Source: a virus (taxonomy: Duplodnaviria > Caudoviricetes). Taken from it: a stretch of DNA of 64,000 nt. The stretch lies in IMG/VR virus record IMGVR_UViG_3300025016_000004; one strand, written 5' to 3'. Each line of letters opens with the position of its first letter. Within the stretch, counting starts at the first letter, position 1. A model generated the notes under the pieces. That model made no database searches and was not told where the DNA came from. It saw only the letters and a program-made list of their open reading frames with translations. Below are positions 19,791-29,277 of this stretch, one piece after another. Both the position numbers and the translations under genes were made by a program.

Positions 19791-21605
19791 ATGTCAGATG
19801 AATATAAAATAATTAGAGGGGGTAAAACTGGTACGGGTTTACTTATAGAGGGTGACGCTGGTTTTATCGAACCTAATGATTTAAGAAATAGACCATTCAT
19901 TAATGAGGTTAGTAAGATAGGTAGTACTAGTCAAATTATGATTGAACCCCTTATATTATTTGTTGTATTACAAAAATATGGAGTTGAGAATAGAAACGGT
20001 AGAATTTACCCAGAACACATATTAAAGAGAGAAGCTAAAAACTACGAAGAGCTTATCAGAAATAGATTGGCCATTGGCGAATGCGTTCCAAAGGGTACTG
20101 AAATTTTCACGGAAAATGGTTGGGTAGAAATTCAAGATATGAATGTTGGTGATAATATATTCACTTTAAATGTCGAAAATAATCAATTGGAGATACAACC
20201 AGTTATTAGAACTACCAATAAGAAATATGAGGATGATATGATTCATATATATAATTCATCATCATTGGATATGTTAGTAACTAAAAAACATAAAATAGTT
20301 TTATGGGATAGAAATGATAAACCATACATATTAACCGCTGAAGAATTATATGATAAAATAAATAAAAATGATTCTAGAATATCACATTCATATATTAGAA
20401 ATTCTGGTGAATGGGTTGGTGATGATGTTACACATATTAACATACCTAACTCTAATTATTCAATTGATGCAGAATTATGGGCGAAATTTTTAGGTATATT
20501 CCTAGCCGATGGTCATTGTTCTGGAACTAGAGGTGGTCAAATAAAAAATGCTGTTATTATTACTCAAGTAAAAGATAAATCATCTTTAAAGGTTATTGAA
20601 ATGTTAGATGAATTACCTTTTGAATATTCAATTAGTGATGATAGACAATATATAATTTATGATGAAGCATTACATAAATTTTTATTTGAATTAGGTAATT
20701 CAGAGGAAAAATTTATACCTAACTACGCTAAAAATTGGAATGTTGGGTTATTAAACACTCTATTAGATTGGATGCTTTTGGGTGATGGTAGGAATAGAAC
20801 TGACAGAAATGGTAACTTGATGAAAGAATATTATACGATTTCAGATAAACTTTCGGAAGATGTTTTTGAGGTTATGCTCAAAATATCAAATGGTGCGACA
20901 TTTAACAAACGAATTCAAGAAGATAGGTATATTACCGACACTAAATTTATTACTGAAGAAGTTGAAGTTGATGGGATGTTAGAGTTAATTAAAAGGGAAG
21001 TTAAAGTTAAAAGATTAATTAAAGCTATTAATTCAAAACCTTTACATATAATATCAGAAAGACGTGCTAAAGGTATCACGTTAGATACTAGATTTACTAA
21101 AGCTGAAAAAGTACCGTTTAATGATAATGTTTATTGTGTTACAGTTAACAATGGAACTTGGTTAATGAGATATAATGGGAAAATTTCTTGGACACATAAT
21201 AGTGACCACCCAGAATCATCAGTAATTTCAAACAGTAGAGTTTCACACGAAATCAAAAAAATTTGGTGGGAAGGTCATACGCTTGTTGGTGAAATAGAAA
21301 TCATTATGTCACCTGGTTTTATCAATCAAGGAATCATTTCTTGTGAAGGTGACCAAATAGCTAATATGCTAAGAAAAGGAATTCGTGTTGGTGTATCTTC
21401 AAGAGGTGTTGGTTCACTAGAAGAAGTTGCTGGTAAATTATTGGTGCAAGATGATTTTGAATTAATTTGTTGGGATATTGTGACTAGTCCTAGTACTCCA
21501 GGCTCATATATGTTTAACAAAAGGTCTGACGCTCAGCCATTTATGGAAGGTGAAGAAAAGGGAAAAGACCTATTAATAGATAAATTAAATAAATTTTTAC
21601 TATAA
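19791..21605 (+). CDS. gp21: Prohead core protease (T4 gp21-like) with intein
   Basis: NRNGRIYP, AIGE/SDHP, GVSSRGVGS, DFELICWDIVTSPSTPG. Start placed at ATG 19791, after ATATTTAT (19767-19774). Confidence 0.9.
   Translation: MSDEYKIIRGGKTGTGLLIEGDAGFIEPNDLRNRPFINEVSKIGSTSQIMIEPLILFVVLQKYGVENRNGRIYPEHILKREAKNYEELIRNRLAIGECVPKGTEIFTENGWVEIQDMNVGDNIFTLNVENNQLEIQPVIRTTNKKYEDDMIHIYNSSSLDMLVTKKHKIVLWDRNDKPYILTAEELYDKINKNDSRISHSYIRNSGEWVGDDVTHINIPNSNYSIDAELWAKFLGIFLADGHCSGTRGGQIKNAVIITQVKDKSSLKVIEMLDELPFEYSISDDRQYIIYDEALHKFLFELGNSEEKFIPNYAKNWNVGLLNTLLDWMLLGDGRNRTDRNGNLMKEYYTISDKLSEDVFEVMLKISNGATFNKRIQEDRYITDTKFITEEVEVDGMLELIKREVKVKRLIKAINSKPLHIISERRAKGITLDTRFTKAEKVPFNDNVYCVTVNNGTWLMRYNGKISWTHNSDHPESSVISNSRVSHEIKKIWWEGHTLVGEIEIIMSPGFINQGIISCEGDQIANMLRKGIRVGVSSRGVGSLEEVAGKLLVQDDFELICWDIVTSPSTPGSYMFNKRSDAQPFMEGEEKGKDLLIDKLNKFLL
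20082..21200 (+). mobile_element. LAGLIDADG intein in prohead protease, 373 aa
   Basis: AIGE|CVPKGTEIFTENGW...GIFLADG...MLLGDG...VYCVTV...WTHN|SDHP. Confidence 0.92.
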
Positions 21606-21740
21606 ATATTTTTAATAAATTACGAAAATTTAAGTTTTTTTTACTTAAATCAGGTATTTTAAGAAAATAACACATATTTATTAAGTAAACGTATGATTTT
21701 TATTATACACAATTATAAAACAGCTTAAAAAACAAAAGAA

Positions 21741-23279
21741 ATGGCAGACAAGAAAAAGTCTATTATAGAAGAAGCACTAGCGGAATTTAGCCTTATTGAG
21801 GAAACATTAAATTCAAATGCTAAAGAAATACTTCGTTCCGTTGCGAAAGAAGAAATTACAAGCACGCTAAACGAATCCTTATACGAAGATGAGGATGAAT
21901 ACGATATCGAAGATATCGATAATGTTGACGGAGAACCTGAAATGGGTTCTGATGTTGACACATTACCAGTTGATGATGCTTCAGATGCTGCACCAGATTT
22001 CGGTGGAGAAGAAGAAGGCTCTGAAGAACTTGGATTAGATAGTATTGGAATGGACACTGGAGAAGAAGACTTAAGTCTTGAACCAGAAGAAGGTAGCGAG
22101 GACTACGGATTAGACATGACTAGTGCATCAGACGAGGAAGTTATCTCAGTTTACAAAAAATTAAGCGGAGAAGACGAAATAGAAGTTGTATCATCACAAG
22201 AAGTAATAATAAAAGACCCAGTATCAGGGGCAGAATACAACGTTAAAATGAACGGTGGTGGTGCAGACGAAAGTCTTATCGACCAAGGTGAAATGGATGT
22301 TGATGATTTTGAACCAGAAGCTGAAATGGAACCAGAAATGGGTGCTGAGCCAGAAGCTGATTTTGGCGTTGAAGACGCTGAAGAAGAAGCTGGTGAAGAA
22401 GAAGCTGAAGAAACTGAGGAAGAAGAAGACGAGGATTTAGGAGAAGCCGTTGTTTATGAAATTGAATTATCTGAGGAAGATGAGATTGCAGAAGACATTA
22501 TAAGAGGCAAAGGTCACGATAAAGAGTTAGTTAATACTGCTGCGCCTAATTCAGGTGATATCGAAGGACAAAAAGCTCCTGAAGACAAAGATTCGGGTGA
22601 TAATCTTGAAGGTGGATTTGATGATGATGCTCAAAACGGAAGTGGAGACAATCACGCAAAACACATCATGGAAGATGAAACAATAGAAGAATCAGAAGAA
22701 GTAATTGATGAGGAAGATGTTGTTGAAGGTGAGGAAGCTATCGAAGAAAAAATCTCTACTAATAGAGTTCGTACAAATCAAGCTGGTGGTGACTTAACTG
22801 ACATTACTGGTCCAGGCGGAAAACTTGGCCGTAAAGACGAAAGCGTTAGCAAGAAAAAACTAATCGAGGCTGTTAAAAAATACAACACCTTATTAAGTGA
22901 AGCTAAAACTCTTAAAGCTGAAAATGAAACTTTCAAAAAAGCTTTAAAAGATTTCAGAAAAACAATTACTGAAACAGCTGTATTTAATATTAACTTAACT
23001 CACGCTACTAAATTATTCTTAGAACACTCAACTACTAGTGAAGAGAAAAAGAATATTTTAACTAGATTTGACGAACAAGTTAGTACTATTGAAGAGTCTA
23101 AAAAACTTTATAAAACAATCAACTCTGAATTAGGTAATAAAATACCTATGAACGAATCAGTTGAGAATAAATTAGTGTCTGAGCAAAAATCAGGTCAATC
23201 ATCTCAAATTAACGAGACAGTGGCTTATATAGACCCAGCACAAAAAAGAGTTCTTGATTTAATAAACAGAACTAAATAA
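21741..23279 (+). CDS. Prohead scaffold/core protein (gp22-like position)
   Basis: Extremely acidic with C-terminal coiled coil; lies between protease and MCP. Confidence 0.7.
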   Translation: MADKKKSIIEEALAEFSLIEETLNSNAKEILRSVAKEEITSTLNESLYEDEDEYDIEDIDNVDGEPEMGSDVDTLPVDDASDAAPDFGGEEEGSEELGLDSIGMDTGEEDLSLEPEEGSEDYGLDMTSASDEEVISVYKKLSGEDEIEVVSSQEVIIKDPVSGAEYNVKMNGGGADESLIDQGEMDVDDFEPEAEMEPEMGAEPEADFGVEDAEEEAGEEEAEETEEEEDEDLGEAVVYEIELSEEDEIAEDIIRGKGHDKELVNTAAPNSGDIEGQKAPEDKDSGDNLEGGFDDDAQNGSGDNHAKHIMEDETIEESEEVIDEEDVVEGEEAIEEKISTNRVRTNQAGGDLTDITGPGGKLGRKDESVSKKKLIEAVKKYNTLLSEAKTLKAENETFKKALKDFRKTITETAVFNINLTHATKLFLEHSTTSEEKKNILTRFDEQVSTIEESKKLYKTINSELGNKIPMNESVENKLVSEQKSGQSSQINETVAYIDPAQKRVLDLINRTK

Positions 23280-23314
23280 TAATAAAAGATTAAAAAAAAT
23301 TAAAATATAAAATT

Positions 23315-25114
23315 ATGTCAAATTTTTTAACTTCAGGTCAAGTTGGTAATATCGGACTTAACCATATGAAACAAGTGAGAGAAAATACTATCAACAAGTG
23401 GGATAGTTTAGGATTCTTAGATGGTCTTAAAGGTCATGTAAAAGAAAACATCGCTCAATTATATGAGAACGAAGCTTCTCATTTATTAAACGAATCAACT
23501 GACGCTTCTAGCTCAGGTTCTTTCGAAACAGTGGTATTCCCTATCGTTAGGAGAGTATTCTCTAAATTATTAGCAAATGATATTGTATCTGTACAAGCTA
23601 TGAATATGCCAATTGGTAAATTATTCTTCTTCGTACCTCAAACATCTGCTAGGTATGACAACGTAACTAATACTTACGGTGACCCTCACAAAGATGGTTC
23701 ACAATATTCTGCACACACTTCAATGGGTGCTGATGGTCTTCCATTAGTAAGAAACGCTTCTACAGGTTATGCTGTAACTGACTATTTAGCTAAAAACTTA
23801 TATGATATTTACTATAATGACGGATTATTTGATGCGTCTAAAGGTGCTATCACTATTAAAGTTGGCTCTGGTAACTTAGTGGTTTTATCTGCTAGTGGTA
23901 CTTACAGTGCTGCTGGTGCTTTAAGTACTCTTCCAACTGCAACTGATGGGTCTTTAAGAAACGCAATTTTACAAGTTTCTGGATTTAGCTCAACAGCTAA
24001 AGGTAGATTAACTGGTCCAGATGGTAACCAAATGGATACTGAATCTTTCTTAGCTTCTTTAAAAGTAACTTCTACAGTTGCTTTAAATGACCAAGATGGT
24101 AATGCTATCATTGCTGCTGCTGGTGAAGTTCCTTTCAGATTAGTAACTCAAAAATATGGTAAAGGTATCGTTTCTTACGATGACATTTGCGATGTTAACG
24201 GTGTTATCTACTTAGAATTAGATATGACTCACCCAGTAGATGCTGCTGGTACATCAACTTATGATGGTTATGTTGGTCTTGACGCAACAGGTGCTACCGT
24301 ATCTGGTTTAACAGCTAGTAACTTCCCAGTTTCTTGGGCAGAATATGCTACATTAGAACTTGAAACTGAAATGGGAGAAGTATCTTTCAAATTAGATGAA
24401 GTTGTTGTTTCTGTTGAAGAAAGAAAATTGAGAGCTACATGGTCTCCAGAATTAGCACAAGATGTTAGTGCATTCCACAACATTGACGCTGAAGCTGAAT
24501 TAACTGCTATGTTATCTGAGCAAGTTGCTGCTGAAATCGATAGAGAAATCTTAAGAGACATCAGAAAAGCCGCTGCATGGCAATTGAGATGGGATTGGAA
24601 CGGATGGAGAAAAGCTTCTCTAGCTGCTAATGCTTATACTCAAAAAGACTGGAATCAAACTTTAATTACTAAAGTTAACCAAATTTCAGCACAAATCCAT
24701 AAATCTACTCTTAGAGGTGGTGCAAACTTCATCGTGGTTTCTTCTGAAATCTCTGCTGTGTTTGACGATTTAGAATACTTCCACGTATCTGATGCATCTC
24801 CAGAGCAAGACCAATATAATATGGGTATCGAGAAAATCGGTTCATTAAGCGGAAGATACCAAGTGTATCGTGACCCTTATGCTCCATCTTGGTCACTTAT
24901 TATGGGACATAAAGGTAAATCATTGTTAGACACTGGTTACATCTACGCACCTTACGTGCCAATGCAACTTACACCTACAATGTACAACCCATTCAACTTT
25001 GCACCAGTAAAAGGTATTATGACTCGTTATGCGAAAAAAATTGTTAACAACAGATTTTATGGGGCTGTAAGAGTTGATGGTCTACAAACATTCAACATTA
25101 ACGAATTAAGATAA
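23315..25114 (+). CDS. gp23: Major capsid protein (T4 gp23-like)
   Basis: VSVQAMNMPIGKLFF, RKLRATWSPELAQD, AEIDREI, RGGANFIVVS, YIYAPYVP, GIMTRYA. Confidence 0.95.
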   Translation: MSNFLTSGQVGNIGLNHMKQVRENTINKWDSLGFLDGLKGHVKENIAQLYENEASHLLNESTDASSSGSFETVVFPIVRRVFSKLLANDIVSVQAMNMPIGKLFFFVPQTSARYDNVTNTYGDPHKDGSQYSAHTSMGADGLPLVRNASTGYAVTDYLAKNLYDIYYNDGLFDASKGAITIKVGSGNLVVLSASGTYSAAGALSTLPTATDGSLRNAILQVSGFSSTAKGRLTGPDGNQMDTESFLASLKVTSTVALNDQDGNAIIAAAGEVPFRLVTQKYGKGIVSYDDICDVNGVIYLELDMTHPVDAAGTSTYDGYVGLDATGATVSGLTASNFPVSWAEYATLELETEMGEVSFKLDEVVVSVEERKLRATWSPELAQDVSAFHNIDAEAELTAMLSEQVAAEIDREILRDIRKAAAWQLRWDWNGWRKASLAANAYTQKDWNQTLITKVNQISAQIHKSTLRGGANFIVVSSEISAVFDDLEYFHVSDASPEQDQYNMGIEKIGSLSGRYQVYRDPYAPSWSLIMGHKGKSLLDTGYIYAPYVPMQLTPTMYNPFNFAPVKGIMTRYAKKIVNNRFYGAVRVDGLQTFNINELR

Positions 25115-25138
25115 TATCTTAAGCTCGTATGAAAATAC

Positions 25139-25167
25139 AAAAGGTCTAGATTTTCTAGACTTTTTTT
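25139..25167 (+). terminator. Rho-independent terminator after MCP
   Basis: GTCTAGA-ttt-TCTAGAC followed by T7. Confidence 0.7.
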
Positions 25168-25217
25168 ATTTTATAAAAGAACCATAATTTCGATTATTTA
25201 CTTGACTTTCAATATAT

Positions 25218-25376
25218 TTATAAAGGAGCGTAAAACCCATTAAGTTTCATATCATATAGTTGACCTAAAACTGTTTGTTCTTGTGTTGCGGCTAATTCTT
25301 TAGCTTTTTTAATTTCAGAACTATCGCAAGAAAATAGTAAAGAAAAGATTGTTAATACTAATAAGATTTTTTTCAT
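25218..25376 (-). CDS. 52-aa predicted lipoprotein; not in the ORF track
   Basis: MKKILLVLTIFSLLFS|CDSSEIKKAKELAATQEQTVLGQLYDMKLNGFYAPL; signal peptide II with lipobox LFSC. Confidence 0.65.
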   Translation of the reverse strand: MKKILLVLTIFSLLFSCDSSEIKKAKELAATQEQTVLGQLYDMKLNGFYAPL

Positions 25377-25449
25377 AATATTTAATATTTTATTAATAAT
25401 CGTAATTGTTCACTGGCCGCAAAATATGTGTCTATTTTATCTTTTGTCA

Positions 25450-25677
25450 TTACTTAGCTTCTTTAATCAGCGTATAACGAGCATATCTTACATCGTCACC
25501 AAATTTATTCTTACCAGTTTCAGTTGTAGATGTAATTACATGACCATCTTTCTTAAGTTGAAAAATAGTTGCAGCTAATCTGGTGTTACCCAATTTATTA
25601 AAAGCATACCATGGACTAATTGACCCATGACCTCTCATTGCATCTAATACTCGTTGTTTTTGCGTTACTTTTGACAT
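25450..25677 (-). CDS. Winged helix-turn-helix protein (HTH_39-like)
   Basis: TQKQRVLDAMRGHGSISPWYAFNKLGNTRLAATIFQLKKDGHVI. Confidence 0.7.
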   Translation of the reverse strand: MSKVTQKQRVLDAMRGHGSISPWYAFNKLGNTRLAATIFQLKKDGHVITSTTETGKNKFGDDVRYARYTLIKEAK

Positions 25678-25699
25678 AAATTTTTAAATTAATATTCTA

Positions 25700-25730
25700 C
25701 AAATATAAGGATAATATTTTACTTATCCAA
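25700..25730 (-). promoter_or_regulatory. Bacteroidota-type promoter
   Basis: TTG (25730-25728), 20 nt, TATATTTG (25707-25700). Confidence 0.65.
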
Positions 25731-25733
25731 ATT

Positions 25734-25889
25734 TTAATCAACTCTTTTTTTAATTATCTGAAATACCATATCTTCAACCTCTTTTTTAATGTCATCTTCA
25801 AGGTTATACCACCAATCATCAAACCCACTTCTATCACATAGTGCGTCAAATATTTCTGCAACCGTTTTTTTTATTTCTCTATTTTTCAT
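25734..25889 (-). CDS. 51-aa hypothetical protein; not in the ORF track
   Basis: MKNREIKKTVAEIFDALCDRSGFDDWWYNLEDDIKKEVEDMVFQIIKKRVD; overlaps the upstream ORF. Confidence 0.55.
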   Translation of the reverse strand: MKNREIKKTVAEIFDALCDRSGFDDWWYNLEDDIKKEVEDMVFQIIKKRVD

Positions 25890-26022
25890 TTAATTTATCT
25901 TTTATTAAATCCAATTTCCTATTTTCCATTTGATTTATTAAACTCAATGATTTAGTTATTGGGTTATTCTCAACCCAGAATTTAGCTCTTTTTAATTCAA
26001 GAGTTACTTCACTCAGTGACAT
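25879..26022 (-). CDS. 47-aa hypothetical protein; not in the ORF track
   Basis: MSLSEVTLELKRAKFWVENNPITKSLSLINQMENRKLDLIKDKLNEK; overlaps the rmlB stop. Confidence 0.4.
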   Translation of the reverse strand: MSLSEVTLELKRAKFWVENNPITKSLSLINQMENRKLDLIKDKLNEK

Positions 26023-27028
26023 TTCTTTGATTCTCATAATATTTTATAGTTTCAACCATACCTTCCTCAAAGTTTTTTTCAGGTTTCCAATTAAGGTTTG
26101 TTTGTAGTTTATTTGAATTGATTGCATATCTTAAATCATGACCCTTTCTATCTGTAACAAACTCTATTGGCATAGGGATATTGAAATTGTGGGGACCCTT
26201 CAAAAATATTTGATACTGTGCACTTATTTTTCTGATTAATTCAATATTAGTCATTTCATTATCACCACCAACATTATATGTTTGGCCAGTTTTACCATTA
26301 TGAAATATTTCGTCAATGGCTGTTACATGGTCACCAACCCATAACCAATCTCTTACGTTTTCACCTTTACCATAAACTGGTATCTTCTCACCATCCATTA
26401 ATTTATTGATAACAACTGGTATCAATTTTTCTTTATGTTGGTGTGGACCATAATTGTTTGAGCAGTTAGATATTGTTACATTCATGTTATACGTTCTACC
26501 ATAAGCTCTCACAAAGTGGTCAGAAGCCGCTTTAGAAGCCGAATAAGGTGAACTGGGGTCATAAGGCGTTGATTCACTGAAAGGGGCTTCATCAAGCTCT
26601 AAATCACCGTAAACTTCATCAGTTGAAACATGATGGAATCTATTATCTGAACCTTCACCCCAAAATTCTTTTGCAACATTTAATAAATTAACCGTTCCCA
26701 TAACGTTGGTATCAACAAATATGTTAGGGGTTAATATTGAATTATCTACGTGAGATTCTGCGGCCAAATGGATTATATCGGTAATATCATGTAATTTGAA
26801 TAAATGAGTTACTAATTCAGTATCCCTAATATCACCTTTACAAAAAAATATATTTTCTTTCCACCCAACTCTATTACCTTCAACATGCATTATGTTGTGA
26901 ATATTAGAAGCATAAGTTAGTAAATCTAAAACTACAAATTTATAGTTTGGGTATTTATCTGTGAAGAAGTTAACAACGTGGGAACCTATAAACCCAGCTC
27001 CACCTGTTATTAATATTGTTTTTTTCAT
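26009..27028 (-). CDS. rmlB: dTDP-glucose 4,6-dehydratase
   Basis: ITGGAGFIGS, HLAAESHVD, HVSTDEVYG, PYSASKAASD, CSNNYGP, DRKGHDLRY. Confidence 0.93.
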   Translation of the reverse strand: MKKTILITGGAGFIGSHVVNFFTDKYPNYKFVVLDLLTYASNIHNIMHVEGNRVGWKENIFFCKGDIRDTELVTHLFKLHDITDIIHLAAESHVDNSILTPNIFVDTNVMGTVNLLNVAKEFWGEGSDNRFHHVSTDEVYGDLELDEAPFSESTPYDPSSPYSASKAASDHFVRAYGRTYNMNVTISNCSNNYGPHQHKEKLIPVVINKLMDGEKIPVYGKGENVRDWLWVGDHVTAIDEIFHNGKTGQTYNVGGDNEMTNIELIRKISAQYQIFLKGPHNFNIPMPIEFVTDRKGHDLRYAINSNKLQTNLNWKPEKNFEEGMVETIKYYENQRNVTE

Positions 27029-27197
27029 TATTTAAATGGGTTATATTTTTCTTTCAAATTTTCAATAAAGGTCATCTTAGATTCAAAAAAACCTACTTTC
27101 CATGAAATATAAATCGTTATTAATGCTATTATTCCGAAGATGATATATTTTAAATTCTTTTTATTCATATTTCAGTAAATTATTTACAATTATACAC

Positions 27198-27229
27198 AAA
27201 AAAAGGGGAAAAACAAAATTTCCCCTTTT
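27198..27229 (-). terminator. Rho-independent terminator
   Basis: AAAAGGGGAAA / TTTCCCCTTTT inverted repeat with a U tract on the minus strand. Confidence 0.7.
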
Positions 27230-27263
27230 AATTTATATCGTAATTAACTATTATTATTTAATT

Positions 27264-28178
27264 TTATAATTTTCTACCACATTTTGAGCAGAAATTATCT
27301 TTAGCTTTCGCTTTTGCACCACAATTGGTACAGTAAGATTTGTGTAAATCTTGTGTTTCCACATTTTTTTGTGAAATCGGTAATAGTTTATAAGAAACTC
27401 TATGAAATGCATATGTTTCAAATTCAATGTTTACCGTTTGGAATTTTTGATTTGACTGAGCACCTTGCTCCACTCTACCTGTTTCAATCTTTTTGGCAGA
27501 CCTTAATACACTTTTAAGCTTTTTTTCTGAAGGTTGACCTAAAGATGTTGATTTAAAAGCGTCTGGTATTTGAGGTTGTGGTGCGAAATCGTTAGATAAA
27601 CTACCTTGTGACATCATATCTAATGTCGCTGTACTTGAATATAGGGCATTTGTACTAACAGTAGTGCTAGTATTACCAAATGCTACACCATTTGTTGTTG
27701 TAGTATGAGCATACCCGCCACTTGAAGTACCATCAGAATAGGTCCATGTTGGGCCTGAGAATGGAGTCCAAGTAGTACTATTACCAGAATTTATAAAAAT
27801 AGGGTTTAATTTTGTGGTTTGTTCTTTATAGAACAAAACTTCAACATCACCATTATCTCTAATAGCTTGTTTTACTTCATCACCACCTGATACTTCATAG
27901 GTATCAAATTTAAATTTCTTATCTATATCAAAATACCTATCAAGAAATACACGCTCACCAGGTCTCAACACCAATCCACTTTGTGAAATTAGTTTGTTGT
28001 TCAACTTGATTTTGGCTAAAACCTTATCGGTTGTTGGATTGAATAATTCAATTTGGAATTGACTTGATTTATGTAAATAATACACAGGTATTTCATTTTT
28101 TTTATCATATTGTTTAATTCTACTTTTATTTATTGCTAAATAAGCTGTAGGTTCATTATTTTTCATTATATTTTTCAT
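27264..28178 (-). CDS. Hypothetical protein with C-terminal zinc ribbon; its N-terminal 37 aa are a replacement segment carried behind the HE
   Basis: YCTNCG...FCSKCG at the C-terminus; N-terminus paralogous to the stub at 29027-29194; ATGA overlap with the HE stop. Confidence 0.75.
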   Translation of the reverse strand: MKNIMKNNEPTAYLAINKSRIKQYDKKNEIPVYYLHKSSQFQIELFNPTTDKVLAKIKLNNKLISQSGLVLRPGERVFLDRYFDIDKKFKFDTYEVSGGDEVKQAIRDNGDVEVLFYKEQTTKLNPIFINSGNSTTWTPFSGPTWTYSDGTSSGGYAHTTTTNGVAFGNTSTTVSTNALYSSTATLDMMSQGSLSNDFAPQPQIPDAFKSTSLGQPSEKKLKSVLRSAKKIETGRVEQGAQSNQKFQTVNIEFETYAFHRVSYKLLPISQKNVETQDLHKSYCTNCGAKAKAKDNFCSKCGRKL

Positions 28179-29005
28179 TTTTTTAAATTTTTATATTTCC
28201 AAATAAACCCATAAGATGTTCTTGCTTTATTATTACAACACATCCAAATATTACCTACAGATAAATTTAACGCTTTCGAAGCTATTCCAGCTGAATCCCA
28301 TTCAGTTATTAAATTCATTTCTAAATCATATTGTAATACAGGTTTAGATTTTTTATTATTTTTACCACTATTTGCGGAACCAATTTTTTGTTTATGCTCG
28401 TTTGTTAGAGTTTTACCTAACATTGGTCCTAACCCAAAATGTGGATTTTTATTACCTCTTTTAGCTTCAGACATTTTTTGTTTTGATTCTTCTGAATGTT
28501 TTTTATTGAAAAAGGGGTTAGTTTTATCTTTACTAATTTCTAAATTAGAAGATTCATTAATAAAATATTGATTTTCGTCTTTATTTAATAAAGTTTTTGT
28601 TAATATTATGTGATGACCTTTTAAGTTAGATTTTAATTTAGCTTCAGACATTTTTTGTTTTGATTCTTCTGAAAATTTAAAACCAAGAGTAGACCCCGCA
28701 ATCCCACTAATATTATAACCAATGTTTTTGTCACAAACATTTAAATTATCAATAAATGTTTGTTCTTCCATTAATAATAAATTTTTTTCTGGTTTAACTT
28801 CTAAAATAGGTTTGAATTCAAAAGAAGTTTCACCATATTTATTCCAAGCATTTTGTAAATGTGAGTTGGGATGCTTATTTTTACGCAATAATTTTTTATG
28901 GTCATTAAATCTTATTTTAAAATTTTTTGTTGACCCAATATATAATTTATGGTTATTTAAATTAATTATTTTATAAACACCTGATTTGTATTCTATTTTT
29001 TTCAT
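28175..29005 (-). CDS. Free-standing GIY-YIG homing endonuclease with NUMOD3 repeats and C-terminal HTH
   Basis: SGVYKIINLNNHKLYIGST...RFNDH; HSEESKQKMSEAK repeats; KPVLQYDL...YGFIWKY. Confidence 0.9.
   Translation of the reverse strand: MKKIEYKSGVYKIINLNNHKLYIGSTKNFKIRFNDHKKLLRKNKHPNSHLQNAWNKYGETSFEFKPILEVKPEKNLLLMEEQTFIDNLNVCDKNIGYNISGIAGSTLGFKFSEESKQKMSEAKLKSNLKGHHIILTKTLLNKDENQYFINESSNLEISKDKTNPFFNKKHSEESKQKMSEAKRGNKNPHFGLGPMLGKTLTNEHKQKIGSANSGKNNKKSKPVLQYDLEMNLITEWDSAGIASKALNLSVGNIWMCCNNKARTSYGFIWKYKNLKK
28460..28673. repeat. 37-nt perfect direct repeat (two copies, 28460-28496 and 28637-28673)
   Basis: tttagcttcagacattttttgttttgattcttctgaa twice; encodes duplicated SEESKQKMSEAK (NUMOD3). 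Confidence 0.85.
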
Positions 29006-29026
29006 AATATTATTTTTATATAAATA

Positions 29027-29194
29027 TTAAATTAAATAGAAGTATTCAACCCTAATGGGGTTTAAAATTAATAAAATTTTTTGAAGATAGTAAGTCGGAA
29101 TATTTGACTTATTGTTATACATTTTTACTCTACCTTTGTTGATAGCAAGAGTCGCTGTTGGGTTAGGATTACCCACCTTTACATTTGTTTTCAT
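29027..29194 (-). pseudogene. Displaced original 5' end (stub) of the zinc-ribbon gene
   Basis: MKTNVKVGNPNPTATLAINKGRVKMYNNKSNIPTYYLQK then unrelated ILLILNPIRVEYFYLI-stop; 18/28 identical to PTAYLAINKSRIKQYDKKNEIPVYYLHK. Confidence 0.85.
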
Positions 29195-29217
29195 AATTAC
29201 TTTTAATTTTTAATTAT

Positions 29218-29277
29218 GTACCAATCTTTTTGTTACCGAAATAACTCCAAAGCCGTTTATCGACTCAAGACCAATAC
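29218..29277 (-). ncRNA. Candidate structured cis-regulatory RNA (three-way junction) in a 5' leader
   Basis: P1 GUAUUGGUCUU/AAGAUUGGUAC, P2 GAGUCG-AUAAA-CGGCUU, P3 GUUAU-UUCG-GUAAC; folded by hand only. Confidence 0.4.

Noticed and set aside
27030-27170. Possible 46-aa ORF upstream of rmlB
   Set aside because: No motif or supporting signal; cannot be told from chance.
28460-28673. 37-nt direct repeat of CRISPR-like length
   Set aside because: Only two copies, 140 nt apart, in frame within a GIY-YIG gene; it is a NUMOD3 duplication.
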